DNA of 64,000 nt from a virus (IMGVR_UViG_3300009130_001605:11939-75938), one strand, 5' to 3'; numbered from the stretch's first letter, positions 40,601 through 50,202 are shown. Translations and numbers: made by a program. Notes: generated by a model from the sequence alone, not told the origin.

Positions 40601-40690
40601 AAAACTGTAAATCAAACCGACTCTTTGAGTCAAGAGACAAGCAACATGAGTATTGTTGGAGCATTAGTTGCAAGACTAACAGGAAACTGA
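37682..40690 (+). CDS. SNF2-family (HARP/SMARCAL1-like) helicase with intein and Zn-finger insert
   Basis: YQ, ADQPGVGK[intein]T, CPSSL, DECHYIKN, SGTP, LRRLK, GVGLTLT and QAEDRVHR motifs. Confidence 0.92.
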   Translation: MAKRKKSNKPVQKVEIRRLRGGTNYRFTYDYIPMLNAYIKGNLPREHWKVHVENVYDPIAKQPKDVWSRDVREFSVGKVIAFLVDNGIKFDFINMTEGEINVLRKEFRERQMRMKQILKEKADGLDVTGMDFSYMTMQPYDYQKKAVKFFELNEGNVILADQPGVGKQAGLDTLISTPNGWKRMGDMEVGDRIHNRFGSVSNVKGVYPQGYKDSYKITFNDGSHTFCGLEHLWTVRDKNRRKRNKGWVVKSLKELLDSGLEYGMSPNGSNSNRKPALKWEIPVTEPVYFDDKEYYISPYLLGALIGCGCTCVKLNMYLTVPDFQIEIANKAESLLPEGYGFSVNRSPKRPHYNIVKDKNAKTLENRVVTYIRRLGLDVKSSDKFIPQEYMIGSVYQRIELLRGLMDTDGSCLKNRSNYHTTSEKLAKDVVELVQSLGGIAKINIYDRSHEDKSTEYIVNIKTNFCPFSLSEKVNEWKSVKSNKISRYIKSVELFKQEEQQCIATDAPDHTYLTDQYIVTHNTLPPFSYAYKHNLKTLIVCPSSLKLNWKREIDSFLKQHSFVYKYAPPKRSNNVNHPKEYCNFHIINYESLETYFKYEFSHKCSSPNCKFKAVDLEKGYKKCPLCATPKSVKSRRVNILEFEDKQGMTLNPEDYDLIILDECHYIKNEAAQRTKIIKKVFKDIPKKILISGTPIKSRPMEFFSILNFLRPEEFNSSHEFGKRYGAGFQDNFGWKYDGASNLEELFERVQPYFLRRLKSDVLELPPKTFVNIPIELTNKQMKDYGKVEEGVVEQLEGEDNSGEKKSALEIILELKRYVSTIKVKESIPIIKDIIEQGEKIVVFSEFQDTAEAIRDAFAGQSVMIHGSVGTEERDQAVQQFQDPKSDIKVFSGTIGAAGVGLTLTRASNLIFIGSAWTSGDMEQAEDRVHRASTTASKVTIMTLYCENTVDEYIMQLLQDKAQVVSKALDNKVANKTVNQTDSLSQETSNMSIVGALVARLTGN
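38183..39244 (+). mobile_element. class-3 (WCT) intein with LAGLIDADG homing endonuclease, 354 aa
   Basis: Inserted in Walker A between K and T; starts QAGLDTLISTPNG and ends IVTHN; has EHLW, QQCI and LLRGLMDTDG. Confidence 0.9.
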
Positions 40691-40743
40691 TAGTCTCTGG
40701 TAAAAATATCACTTTTTCGACCTATTTATAAGAAAAAAGAGAT

Positions 40744-41655
40744 ATGTTTGTAAGACAAGGAGATAAAGGAGAAGGTGTAGCAAGTGTACAAAAGCTATTA
40801 TCTTTATTAGGTTATGATTTAATTATAGATGGAGACTTCGGAGCTAGAACAACTAGGTCTGTTAGATCATTTCAAAAAAAATATGGTTTAGATATTGATG
40901 GTATTGTAGGGAATGCAACTTACAGTACATTAAAAGCTGCACAAAAAAGAAATTCAAAAGAATCAGGCGTATCATCTGAGCAAAGCTATGGGGCGTTGGA
41001 GATTGTCCAACACCCTCTTAGCCCTGGACAATACATCAAACAAGTATTTGATAAGAAACAAATTTATTTACACTTCACTGCAGGTGGGCCAACAGCTAAG
41101 AATGTGATTTCAGGATGGGATGCAAATGATCCAAGAATTGCAACAGCTTACGTTATCGATGGTAATGATGGCTCTGTGCTTGAGTGTTTCAACCCTACTT
41201 TTTGGTCTTACCACCTTGGTATCAAAGGAACAAGGGGAAAGGTTGACAAAGCTTCTATCGGTATTGAGATTTGTAATTGGGGTCCTCTTGACGAAAAAGA
41301 CGGTAAGTATTACGGTTGGCCAGCAAAGACGTACGACAAGTGGTTAGATAGATATGAGGTTAAGAAAGAGGATGTTATATTTTTAGACACTCCACACAGA
41401 GGCTATAAGCATTATCACAAAATCACAGATGAGCAAATTGAATCTGTAGAAAAATTACTTATTTATTTAGTAAAGGAGTTTGGCATTCCAGTTAATGACG
41501 GCTTTGGTTCTGACTGGTATGAATTCAAAGAACACGTTATCAAAGAATTAACTCCAGGCATTTGGAATCACGTTAACGTTCGTAAAGATAAATACGATCT
41601 TTGTCCTGACCCAAGAGTTACGGCCATGTTGAATGGATTAAAAGATAAGTTATAA
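40744..41655 (+). CDS. endolysin: peptidoglycan-binding domain + N-acetylmuramoyl-L-alanine amidase
   Basis: DG.FG..T...V..FQ...GL..DGIVG; LHFTAG, SIGIEICN and H...RKDK.D amidase_2 motifs. Confidence 0.9.
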   Translation: MFVRQGDKGEGVASVQKLLSLLGYDLIIDGDFGARTTRSVRSFQKKYGLDIDGIVGNATYSTLKAAQKRNSKESGVSSEQSYGALEIVQHPLSPGQYIKQVFDKKQIYLHFTAGGPTAKNVISGWDANDPRIATAYVIDGNDGSVLECFNPTFWSYHLGIKGTRGKVDKASIGIEICNWGPLDEKDGKYYGWPAKTYDKWLDRYEVKKEDVIFLDTPHRGYKHYHKITDEQIESVEKLLIYLVKEFGIPVNDGFGSDWYEFKEHVIKELTPGIWNHVNVRKDKYDLCPDPRVTAMLNGLKDKL

Positions 41656-41921
41656 TGGCAAGAGATTGGTCTAAAAGAGATATTGAGAATATCGTCAACA
41701 AAATTGTTGATAACAAAATAGAGCAAGCTACTAAAAATCTTACTAGCGATAAAGAGGTCAGGAAGATGATTAAGTCGGATATTGATGCTTTCTATAAGGA
41801 ATTGAAGAAAGGCAAAGATGCTATGTCTGATAAAGAAACCAAAGAGCTTATTAGAAAATCCATGATAAACCTTTATAAGTTTATGTGGGAAAAATCAAAC
41901 TTCTTCATTAGAAATATTTAA
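41655..41921 (+). CDS. hypothetical protein
   Basis: 88 aa, coupled to the endolysin. Confidence 0.7.
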   Translation: MARDWSKRDIENIVNKIVDNKIEQATKNLTSDKEVRKMIKSDIDAFYKELKKGKDAMSDKETKELIRKSMINLYKFMWEKSNFFIRNI

Positions 41922-41923
41922 AA

Positions 41924-42526
41924 ATGGAACTTAACAATAGATTGAAAGAAATAATTCAGGATGAAATTAAAAACTTCTCACTTGAACAATTAAAGGGTAA
42001 AAAATCACCAGAATCAGCTCCTGCTAAATCTGATTACGATAAAATTAAAGAGGCAGAAGCTGAATCTAAAGATGTGGATAACATTTTGTTTTTCGGTGGT
42101 GATGACCCAGAGACAATTAAAAAATCTAAGCAGAGATATATCAAAGAAAACGAAGAACCTGCTGCTGTTGATAATCAATCTGAAGATCCAAGAATAACTC
42201 AAACAGAGATAGATCAATTCGAAAAAGATTTCCGTGAGAAAGTTAGCCCATTAGTTCAATTTTCTTCTAAAGATGACGGTGCCATAAATTTTAAGCTTTA
42301 CAAAGGTGAAGCTGGAATTGAAGCGAGAATTTCTGGTGTTATTCCAATTAGCGGAGACAGTAAGGTCGAATGGAGTTTTTCCCTTCAAGAAGGTTCATAT
42401 GTTAATATGAGTTCTGAGCTTACAACAGAAGTTGCTGAAGTTCTTAATAAAATGGCTTTTTTCTATGAAGAATGGAAAAGAGAATGGACTGAAAAATTAA
42501 CAGAATTGCCAGCCGATAAAGAATAG
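41924..42526 (+). CDS. acidic putative head-internal protein
   Basis: LKEIIQDEI and IKEN motifs; late operon. Confidence 0.5.
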   Translation: MELNNRLKEIIQDEIKNFSLEQLKGKKSPESAPAKSDYDKIKEAEAESKDVDNILFFGGDDPETIKKSKQRYIKENEEPAAVDNQSEDPRITQTEIDQFEKDFREKVSPLVQFSSKDDGAINFKLYKGEAGIEARISGVIPISGDSKVEWSFSLQEGSYVNMSSELTTEVAEVLNKMAFFYEEWKREWTEKLTELPADKE

Positions 42527-42566
42527 TTGTTTATTTTAGAACAGCTTTTATGTACATTCTTCTTGT

Positions 42567-42857
42567 ATGAAAACTTTTCAAGAGATAATAGCGAATCAAA
42601 AGAAGTTTAAAAACGAAATATTACTATATTTGAGAGATGAAGTAAGATCCTCAAAAGAGGAATTGAGTAGTATTAAAACTGATGATGAGTATATTATGTC
42701 TCAAAAGAAGAAGATGGAACAAAGCTTCAAAAAGGCTAAATTTAGAAAATCTTTTAGTGAACTGTTTTTTATGCATCCACGAAGAAACAAAGAGAAATTT
42801 GTTTGGTGGGACGAAAAAAAACAGGAAGCTTTAATTCTAAACTATGAAAAAAAATAA
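42567..42857 (+). CDS. hypothetical protein
   Basis: 96 aa ORF. Confidence 0.65.
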   Translation: MKTFQEIIANQKKFKNEILLYLRDEVRSSKEELSSIKTDDEYIMSQKKKMEQSFKKAKFRKSFSELFFMHPRRNKEKFVWWDEKKQEALILNYEKK

Positions 42858-43194
42858 GCATTTAGACATACTGATTGACATACGCTTCAACGGTTCAATG
42901 AATAGATTCGAAGAACTATATGGAGAAGGTGTTTCATATAGGAGGTTTGAACAAGAAACTTACGTAGAACTAAAGTCTATGGTTTTCGAAAGATTGGGTA
43001 GAAAGATTAAGTTCAAAAAATGTAGGGACTTGGAAAAGTATGCGGACCCAATGGTGCTCACCATTAAGGCTGAAATGACTGATGAAGAACATGAAGAATT
43101 CATTAATATTTATGATCAAGGTGAATTCGTATTTTTATATGACTTCATTGTTTCAAAAATAAGGTTACAAGAAGAAAATCAAAATCAAGATTAA
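42844..43194 (+). CDS. hypothetical protein
   Basis: 116 aa ORF. Confidence 0.65.
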   Translation: MKKNKHLDILIDIRFNGSMNRFEELYGEGVSYRRFEQETYVELKSMVFERLGRKIKFKKCRDLEKYADPMVLTIKAEMTDEEHEEFINIYDQGEFVFLYDFIVSKIRLQEENQNQD

Positions 43195-43200
43195 AAAACA

Positions 43201-44103
43201 ATGGAACAATTCAACCAAGAACAAGCTGAACATTTAGCTAATTTGAAAAATAAGAGAAAAGCTATGTTTGATCAGATGAATGTGACACCAACTTTCACCC
43301 AGGACCAAATAAATCAAGGTGCTGCTGCGAGTAATTCTGGTGGATCTGTAAACCTTGCTGTTAGAGATAGGATCGCTGCTATTAAAGGTGGACATATGAA
43401 GCAGGAGATGAAAGAGTTAAACGAGGCTAAAAATCCGAATGAATTCCAAGCACTTTCAGTTCCAAAACCAAAAGGTCCTGCTCTTACACCAGAGCAAGAG
43501 GCTAAAAGAGCACAAGGTTTAAAAGAATCTGGTCTTGCTGACACTATCAAACCCTCAAAGGGTTCGAGAGAGGCAAGCAGTTTAGAAGCTATGTTTGACA
43601 CCGATTCATCTGGACCATTATCAAGCGATGTGGTTATGGGTAATGCTTGGGACAATAAAAGACAACAGGCACAACAAGCCCCAACAGGAACTCTTATACA
43701 AGAAGATCAAATGATGGGTGGAATTGGATCTTGGGAAAATAGTTACAAAAACACTCTTAATCAAGCATCTACGTCTGGGCAATATCAAAACCCAAATGTT
43801 AACCCACATGGTCAGAAAATGATGAACGAAGCTCAGCAGATGCAACAAGCACCAATGGGCATGAACGCTACTCCAATGGGACCAACTCAAATAACTCAAT
43901 TAATTGAGTCCAAGGTTTCCGAGATTGTTGATAGCAGAATGAAAGCTGTATTGTCAGAACTTAGCCAAGGGGATACAAGTAGGAAAACAAACCCAAACCA
44001 AATTATTGGTGAAAGAGTTAAGTCTGAAAGTGGTAAGTATTATAAAAACGCCATCAAAATAGATGGAAAAGTATATATATTAAAAGAGGTTACTGGAAAG
44101 TAA
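43201..44103 (+). CDS. Q/N/M-rich low-complexity protein
   Basis: 300 aa, largely disordered; LNE, IQE, MNE and LSE motifs. Confidence 0.65.
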   Translation: MEQFNQEQAEHLANLKNKRKAMFDQMNVTPTFTQDQINQGAAASNSGGSVNLAVRDRIAAIKGGHMKQEMKELNEAKNPNEFQALSVPKPKGPALTPEQEAKRAQGLKESGLADTIKPSKGSREASSLEAMFDTDSSGPLSSDVVMGNAWDNKRQQAQQAPTGTLIQEDQMMGGIGSWENSYKNTLNQASTSGQYQNPNVNPHGQKMMNEAQQMQQAPMGMNATPMGPTQITQLIESKVSEIVDSRMKAVLSELSQGDTSRKTNPNQIIGERVKSESGKYYKNAIKIDGKVYILKEVTGK

Positions 44104-44111
44104 CCTCTTTT
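44082..44111. terminator. bidirectional terminator between convergent genes
   Basis: AAAAGAGGTTAC-tggaaa-GTAACCTCTTTT. Confidence 0.75.
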
Positions 44112-44114
44112 ATT

Positions 44115-44654
44115 TTATTTCTGTAAGAACTTATTTGTGAAAACAACTTTAACCATGCTTAAATGAGAGCTTTCATGGTCCTCTCTGATTTCATTTAGTA
44201 TTTCCAAAGGATCTCTTTTTAATTCGATAAAAGCTCGGTCTGATTCCGCTTTTTCACGATTATTACCAACAATCTGATCTCTACTAACATCACTCCAAGA
44301 AATCCTATTCAAATCTCTTTGTGTAAATCTTGAGTTAACAAATTTAACAAAACCATGACTTACACCTAAGTCGATGTGGTTTATAATATAACAAGAACGG
44401 CACAACAAAGTGACTTTTGTGTCTTCTGGCTTACTCTCATTGAAGTCCTCAATGTGTAAAACCAAGTGTTTCTTCTTATATTCAAACTGACTTTCGTTTT
44501 CACCTTCTTCTTCTAAAGGTTTCCAACCACAACATTGACATGTGTTGTCATAAAGCATTTGTGTCTCTTTTGTTATCCTAGCAAATTCTTCACCACCTAT
44601 TGCTTCTATATACGGCTTACTTGGAGTTGTTACTTTTAAAGTTAAGTCTATCAT
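44115..44654 (-). CDS. HNH-fold Zn protein resembling DotN/IcmJ
   Basis: D.TCQCCG...LLCRSC...H; FTQRDLN; preceded by TATCTTTG at 44669-44676 on the minus strand. Confidence 0.55.
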   Translation of the reverse strand: MIDLTLKVTTPSKPYIEAIGGEEFARITKETQMLYDNTCQCCGWKPLEEEGENESQFEYKKKHLVLHIEDFNESKPEDTKVTLLCRSCYIINHIDLGVSHGFVKFVNSRFTQRDLNRISWSDVSRDQIVGNNREKAESDRAFIELKRDPLEILNEIREDHESSHLSMVKVVFTNKFLQK

Positions 44655-44745
44655 AATTCAATTTTTCCCAAAGATAAAAAAAAAAACTGAATTTTTTAGA
44701 ATTTTCATTATTAACTGCTATTTATTAATAAAAATTTTACTTACC

Positions 44746-45483
44746 ATGGGAAAAAAACTTAATGAAAAGCAATTCAGAGAAGTAGTAAGAAATATAATTA
44801 AAGAAAGTGTTAAAGATTTAGGTGATTCTATGAATCAAGACTTAAACACTATGGATTCTGTTAATACAACGGATCATCCAAATACTTTAATTGGTGCTCC
44901 TGAAAATACTAATGATCCTTCTCAATCTCCTGTAGATACAAAGAAAGAGAACGATAAAGATGCTCCTGAAACTCCAAAGACAGAACAATTGAAAGAAAGT
45001 AAAGGCGATGTTGAGAATGCAGGTGAAGTGACTGATGTTGATATGAATTCACAAGATTCTGAACTAGGTGATCACAAAGACGGTGCTGTTGTTGAAGTTG
45101 AAGCAGGTGGTGGAACTCACTCAGGTGAATCAACAAAAGGTATGGCTAAAGCTAAAGAGGAAACAAAATCAGGAATGAATGATTCTTCTAATGAAAACGG
45201 TGGTGATGACAAGGGTGCGGAAGCTACTGAAACAAAAATGAATGCAATGGACAAAGAGGTTGACGAAGGAACAAAAACTTACGTTGAAGCTGGGTCTGAA
45301 GATTCTACTGGTCAAAAAGATGCTAAATGGAGCAAAGAAGCTAAGAATGAAAAAGCTGATGAGCCTATTGCAACAGCAATTCAATTACCAGAAGGATTCG
45401 GTAAAAAAGCAATTTCTAGTTCTGAATTATTAAAATTCATCAACGAAGAAGCAGACAAACTTTCTGACAAAGGTTTACTTTAA
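44746..45483 (+). CDS. acidic putative head-internal/scaffold-like protein
   Basis: KLNEKQFREVVRNIIKES, LKES and INEE motifs; late motif at 44719. Confidence 0.55.
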   Translation: MGKKLNEKQFREVVRNIIKESVKDLGDSMNQDLNTMDSVNTTDHPNTLIGAPENTNDPSQSPVDTKKENDKDAPETPKTEQLKESKGDVENAGEVTDVDMNSQDSELGDHKDGAVVEVEAGGGTHSGESTKGMAKAKEETKSGMNDSSNENGGDDKGAEATETKMNAMDKEVDEGTKTYVEAGSEDSTGQKDAKWSKEAKNEKADEPIATAIQLPEGFGKKAISSSELLKFINEEADKLSDKGLL

Positions 45484-45503
45484 TATTTAATAACAACTTT
45501 TTT

Positions 45504-45540
45504 AACCAGAACATTATTTTATTAGTGTTCTGGTTTTTTT
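45504..45540 (+). terminator. intrinsic terminator
   Basis: AACCAGAACATTA...TAGTGTTCTGGTT followed by a T run. Confidence 0.75.
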
Positions 45541-45605
45541 CTTACTAAAGAAAACTTTACTATCTCATTTGCTTTTTTTATATTAAATATAAACGAAGAC
45601 TTAAA

Positions 45606-47603
45606 ATGAGCAATATCTTAGATATAAAAGATTCAATTGGTGCATATACTTTTTATGCAACAAATACAAACAAAGAACAATACTTTTGTAAATGTGGAAA
45701 CCATTTCGAAGTAGATGCTCCTTCAGACGAACTTTCAGATGTAGAAAACCTGTTTAATGATGGTGACGATGATGATGGTATTATGGGAGCACTTAACAGT
45801 GCCAAAATATCTTTAAGGGATAATATTAAATGCCCTCATTGTAATGTCGATTACAAAATCCCTGTAAACCAAAAGAGATTAAGAGAAATTGGTAAATATT
45901 TCTTATCAGGATACAATGTTAACGAAGATAACGGTAGACTGACCTTAAATAAGGTTAAAGTAAAACCTTTGCTTGCACCAGAAGAATCAGAGGAACCTTT
46001 GGAATTTGAAGAAATTGTTAGGCACCTTTCTTATGAGATTGAGACAGGGAAATTGTTTTTCAAAGATTATAAGTCTGAAGAAATAGAGTTTGATCTAGAT
46101 CAAACTCTATCAGTAGTTAGCAAGTTTTTTGAAAATGACACACCACTTGTTGTCAATCTATTTGATTTACATAACTACATAATGAAATTATCAAATTATG
46201 TATCCGATTCAGAAAATATCGACACAGTAAAAGGTTTACTTGAGGAAGCAAGGTCAAATATGAACAAGAGTGCTGATGACACTTTTGAGAAAGTCTTATC
46301 TATCTTGTTGTCAATCATCAAATATTCAAACTTGTCAACAATTGCAATGACTAAAAGTCCTATTTTCCTATACGAAATGCTTAGAGATTGTAATCCTCCG
46401 AAAGCAGAGGTGTTGGAGAAAGAGGGTGTCACTTCACCAATCAAGATTTTTAACTTCTTGGCAAAAACTTACATCAACAGAATAAACGAAGAAGTTAAAG
46501 AAGAAAAGATTGTTGAAAAGGAATTTACATTCTCTAGTAATATCGTCTTGGAAGACCACGAGGATCATTCAAAGGTATCAAAAGTTGGTGATGATTTTGA
46601 GGAAGGAACTGAAGATACAATGTCTGTATCAGAAGGAGAAACAAGAGAGTTGAAAATAAACTTAAAATCCATTCAGGATTATGAGTCTAAGGTTTCTAAA
46701 ACCGCCCAAGGTAATTTTGAGGTTTTTCAAATCGGAGGTGACGGACAGATTTCAAAATTCATATACAAGAAACTTAAAGCGTTTCACGACTATAAACAAC
46801 TGGTTAAGTATATGAAACATTTCGAGTATAAGAACTTGGTTGAACTTATGACGAAATATGACTATGATCTTATCGTGAACATGATAGATGTGATCTATTA
46901 CCGATTAGACATAGACATGGATGAGGTGAAAAGGCTTATTCCGTTATTTATAGACCATTGTCAGGTTCAAACCAAAGATATGAAGATAAAAACTAATACG
47001 TTTGATCCAAATGAAGAGCTTACGTTAGATTACACTTACATCAATAGTTTTAATTTTGAGTTTTACGATGACTGTAAGATGATGATTAAAACTTTGGAAT
47101 TTGATCCAAGAAAGGATTTGTACAAAATCAAAACAAATGCCGTTCTTAAAGCCTTCCATGATGAAGTGGTGAAATACTATGGGGCAATTAAATTAGAAGA
47201 AGAAGGCGGTTATAAAGGTTATTTCAATAACTTTAAATTCCTTGAGGATAAAAACAACTACGATGGGTTATTGAGATTCGAAATAATTGATACTCCTAAA
47301 GCTGTTGTTGCAGAAGGTAGGGAACTACACCATAGTGTGAGTTCTTACGCAGCTAGATTGATGGACGGGGATTATGTATTACTTAGAGTCTATGATGACA
47401 CTGAGGACGCTCCAGAAAAGGATTTAGATAGATTCACAATGGGGCTTCATTACAACAAGAATAACGGTCTTGAGTTTGATCAATTAAAAGGTGTGGCAAA
47501 CAAGCCAGCAAGTGATCGGGTTAAGAAAATGGCTATTGAATGGATGAAATCCAAAGAAGTGAATTATAACGAAAAAAGACCAGACATCCGTATTAGACGA
47601 TAA
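45606..47603 (+). CDS. PcfJ-domain protein with N-terminal Zn ribbon
   Basis: CKCG...CPHC; C-terminal EG.ELHHSV.SY...Q.KG..N. Confidence 0.7.
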   Translation: MSNILDIKDSIGAYTFYATNTNKEQYFCKCGNHFEVDAPSDELSDVENLFNDGDDDDGIMGALNSAKISLRDNIKCPHCNVDYKIPVNQKRLREIGKYFLSGYNVNEDNGRLTLNKVKVKPLLAPEESEEPLEFEEIVRHLSYEIETGKLFFKDYKSEEIEFDLDQTLSVVSKFFENDTPLVVNLFDLHNYIMKLSNYVSDSENIDTVKGLLEEARSNMNKSADDTFEKVLSILLSIIKYSNLSTIAMTKSPIFLYEMLRDCNPPKAEVLEKEGVTSPIKIFNFLAKTYINRINEEVKEEKIVEKEFTFSSNIVLEDHEDHSKVSKVGDDFEEGTEDTMSVSEGETRELKINLKSIQDYESKVSKTAQGNFEVFQIGGDGQISKFIYKKLKAFHDYKQLVKYMKHFEYKNLVELMTKYDYDLIVNMIDVIYYRLDIDMDEVKRLIPLFIDHCQVQTKDMKIKTNTFDPNEELTLDYTYINSFNFEFYDDCKMMIKTLEFDPRKDLYKIKTNAVLKAFHDEVVKYYGAIKLEEEGGYKGYFNNFKFLEDKNNYDGLLRFEIIDTPKAVVAEGRELHHSVSSYAARLMDGDYVLLRVYDDTEDAPEKDLDRFTMGLHYNKNNGLEFDQLKGVANKPASDRVKKMAIEWMKSKEVNYNEKRPDIRIRR

Positions 47604-47605
47604 TT

Positions 47606-47974
47606 ATGTGGATTAGAAAATACAATAAACAAAATGAATTAGCTCTATCTGTTCAACTTGACGAAACAGGTGGAACTAAATCATTATATTCAGTTGAAAA
47701 AGACACTTTCTTGAGATTTAACAGATGGGGAAAAAGAAATATCGTTGAATATAAAGTTTCTGACGAAGAAATTGAATTGGTGGAAAACAGAGAAGGTGCA
47801 AAATTTTTTAGATGCATCTCAAAGAATAACAAAAAAGGGGGTATTAACTACCCTGGATATCACAAACATTTCTCTATTGAGAATGGGGATGTTATAAATT
47901 TTAATATTGACAAATCTAAACTTAAATCATGGAAGGCAAAAGCCACGAAGAAAAGCAGGATAGCAAAAACCTAA
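47606..47974 (+). CDS. hypothetical protein
   Basis: 122 aa, basic. Confidence 0.65.
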   Translation: MWIRKYNKQNELALSVQLDETGGTKSLYSVEKDTFLRFNRWGKRNIVEYKVSDEEIELVENREGAKFFRCISKNNKKGGINYPGYHKHFSIENGDVINFNIDKSKLKSWKAKATKKSRIAKT

Positions 47975-48273
47975 TGATGAGTGCCATTAAACATGGTCTC
48001 GATGGAATCTCTTATTCACAGTCATCAAAGGCAATTAGCCTAGATGAAAATGAAATCTATGAAATAACTGACAAATCATCGAAAGGGAAAACTTTAGATG
48101 AATTAGAGCAAAGAAAGCTTACACTTCACAATATTCAGTCTGGTAATTTTAAAAGTTTTTTTACAGTTGTAAATAAATATGAACAAGAAGACCAGTGTGT
48201 AATTGCAAAAATGATTGAATTAGGCCAAGAGTCAAACGAGGACACAAACAACAAAATAAACGAATATGAATAA
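47974..48273 (+). CDS. hypothetical protein
   Basis: TAATG-coupled start preferred over 47929. Confidence 0.6.
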   Translation: MMSAIKHGLDGISYSQSSKAISLDENEIYEITDKSSKGKTLDELEQRKLTLHNIQSGNFKSFFTVVNKYEQEDQCVIAKMIELGQESNEDTNNKINEYE

Positions 48274-48748
48274 GAATGAAAAGGAACAAGAATTGATTTG
48301 TAAAAAGCTAAAAGATATTACAGCATCAAATGTAAAGCATTTAAGTAAAGAAGAAAAGGATGCGGAAATAAAGAATTTGAAGGTGAAAAACCCAGAACAA
48401 TATTTACATTTACAAAAAATGTACTCTTTGTTTGAAGAAAGGTATGAAGACCTCAACCCAGAAGAAATCATAGAAAGGAAAGGCGAAATACTAAAAGAAA
48501 GATTGAACTTAATCAACCAAATTCAAAATGGAGAGTTTAAGGAAAGGATGGAAGCAAATGTTGGGTTTAAAGAAGAAGTTGTTGTTGACAAAAAAACAAC
48601 AGAAGAATTACTTCTTGAAGAGGTGGAAACACTAAATGTTTCAATTGAATTATTAGCAAATCAAATTGAAGAGCTTTCAAACAAGAAATCTTTATTAGAA
48701 AGATTGTTTATTTCAGCACTAAATTTTTTTAGAATTGTCTTTTGGTAA
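48266..48748 (+). CDS. coiled-coil protein with hydrophobic C-terminus
   Basis: 160 aa. Confidence 0.65.
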   Translation: MNKNEKEQELICKKLKDITASNVKHLSKEEKDAEIKNLKVKNPEQYLHLQKMYSLFEERYEDLNPEEIIERKGEILKERLNLINQIQNGEFKERMEANVGFKEEVVVDKKTTEELLLEEVETLNVSIELLANQIEELSNKKSLLERLFISALNFFRIVFW

Positions 48749-48782
48749 TAAAATAATTCCCTATTTATAAATAAAGAGTATA

Positions 48783-49190
48783 ATGGGACTTGCTTACGAA
48801 AATATAGACAAAATAGATTCAGTTAAATCATCAAAAGGTGACAGGTATATCAAATTTGATATGGGGTTACGTGATGGGAAAAGGGCTTCTTTAGTTGCTG
48901 AATATGATCAGTATTGCAAATGGGTAAAAGACAACAAGGGTTCTTATAACAATATTTTCGGAGACTTTGTTAAAGACTTTTTAGGTTCTTCTTCTGAATC
49001 GGAAGAGGAATTAAGTGAAATAGTTGACAAGGACGGTAATTTATACCCAGACCAAGACATGCCAAACAATGCTACAAACAAAATGGTGGGTTCTTCAAAG
49101 TTTGATTTAGACAAAGTTTATAAGCAAACTGTTCCTGCAGGATCTAGATATTATTCTGGCGATTTAGGTGTTGGCATCATAACTTGGTAA
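48783..49190 (+). CDS. late hypothetical protein
   Basis: TATTTATA at 48762; ELSEIVD.DG motif. Confidence 0.65.
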   Translation: MGLAYENIDKIDSVKSSKGDRYIKFDMGLRDGKRASLVAEYDQYCKWVKDNKGSYNNIFGDFVKDFLGSSSESEEELSEIVDKDGNLYPDQDMPNNATNKMVGSSKFDLDKVYKQTVPAGSRYYSGDLGVGIITW

Positions 49191-49232
49191 TAAATCAAAA
49201 AAAAATCATATTTATAAGAAAAATTACCAACA

Positions 49233-49730
49233 ATGAATTCAACAGAAAAAAATAACGACCAAAGAATGAAAGACATACTTAAAAAGATGTCTACCCCAGG
49301 TGTTGCTACTAGAGATGAAAATGAAACTTTATCTGAAAACAAAAACCTTGAAGGTCATTCTGAAAGATTTAAGAGAGTTGCTACTTATGATCCAATTCAG
49401 GAAAACATGAAGTTCACTTCAAAGTCTAATCCAGTTGGAGGTCATGGTGAAACAGTTAATTCTATCATCAACACTGTTGACGGCACTTCTGTAAATAAAT
49501 ACGGATTTGATAACGGAAAGCCATCTGTCAGCCCAGGATTAACTGCAAAAGAGGCTTTGGAAATCGCTATTAAAAGAACAATGGAGTCAGGTGCCCCTGT
49601 AAATAGCATTGGGTTTTATGACGAAATTAATTGGAACTTAGAAAAATTAGGTTATTCAGCAAAACTTCCTATTGATGTTAAGGGTGCATTAAATGATATG
49701 CTTAAATATGGAGAAATCAGAAATTCATAA
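49233..49730 (+). CDS. late hypothetical protein
   Basis: TATTTATA at 49209; LSEN and IQEN motifs. Confidence 0.65.
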   Translation: MNSTEKNNDQRMKDILKKMSTPGVATRDENETLSENKNLEGHSERFKRVATYDPIQENMKFTSKSNPVGGHGETVNSIINTVDGTSVNKYGFDNGKPSVSPGLTAKEALEIAIKRTMESGAPVNSIGFYDEINWNLEKLGYSAKLPIDVKGALNDMLKYGEIRNS

Positions 49731-50202
49731 AATTATCAATGAAGAGATTCAACTTTTCTTAGAAGATTTTAAATTTAATAATAGTCAAAAAACATTTAAC
49801 CCAACACCGTCAATGATCTCTAATTGCAAGAGAGGGATTGAAGCTGTTAAACAAAAAGATTTAACAGTAGATGGTGAGAACGAAGGTTCGGGTAAAGAAA
49901 AAGCTATGTCCATAATTGCCAATGAACCAATGACTCATGCAATGCTAAAAAGGATGAAAGCGTTTTTTGACAATAATTCTTCTGATTATCAAGCACAATT
50001 GGGTGCTGGAAAAACAATAAAAGATTCTGGGATAATCCAAACATGGAATCTTTGGGGTGGAGATGCAGGAAAAGAAATGTCTAACAGAGAGGTTGATTAC
50101 ACACAAAGGGACAATCAAAAAAGAAAAGACATCAAGACTTTTATTGCTCCAGTAAAAACTTCTACATTAATGGATCCTCACAACACAAGGATTCACAAAT
50201 AA
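49708..50202 (+). CDS. head-associated W.LWGGDAG domain protein
   Basis: P..M.....RG....KRM..FF....W.LWGGDAG, a domain I associate with phage head/portal proteins; N-terminal IHKIINEEI. Confidence 0.55.
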   Translation: MEKSEIHKIINEEIQLFLEDFKFNNSQKTFNPTPSMISNCKRGIEAVKQKDLTVDGENEGSGKEKAMSIIANEPMTHAMLKRMKAFFDNNSSDYQAQLGAGKTIKDSGIIQTWNLWGGDAGKEMSNREVDYTQRDNQKRKDIKTFIAPVKTSTLMDPHNTRIHK

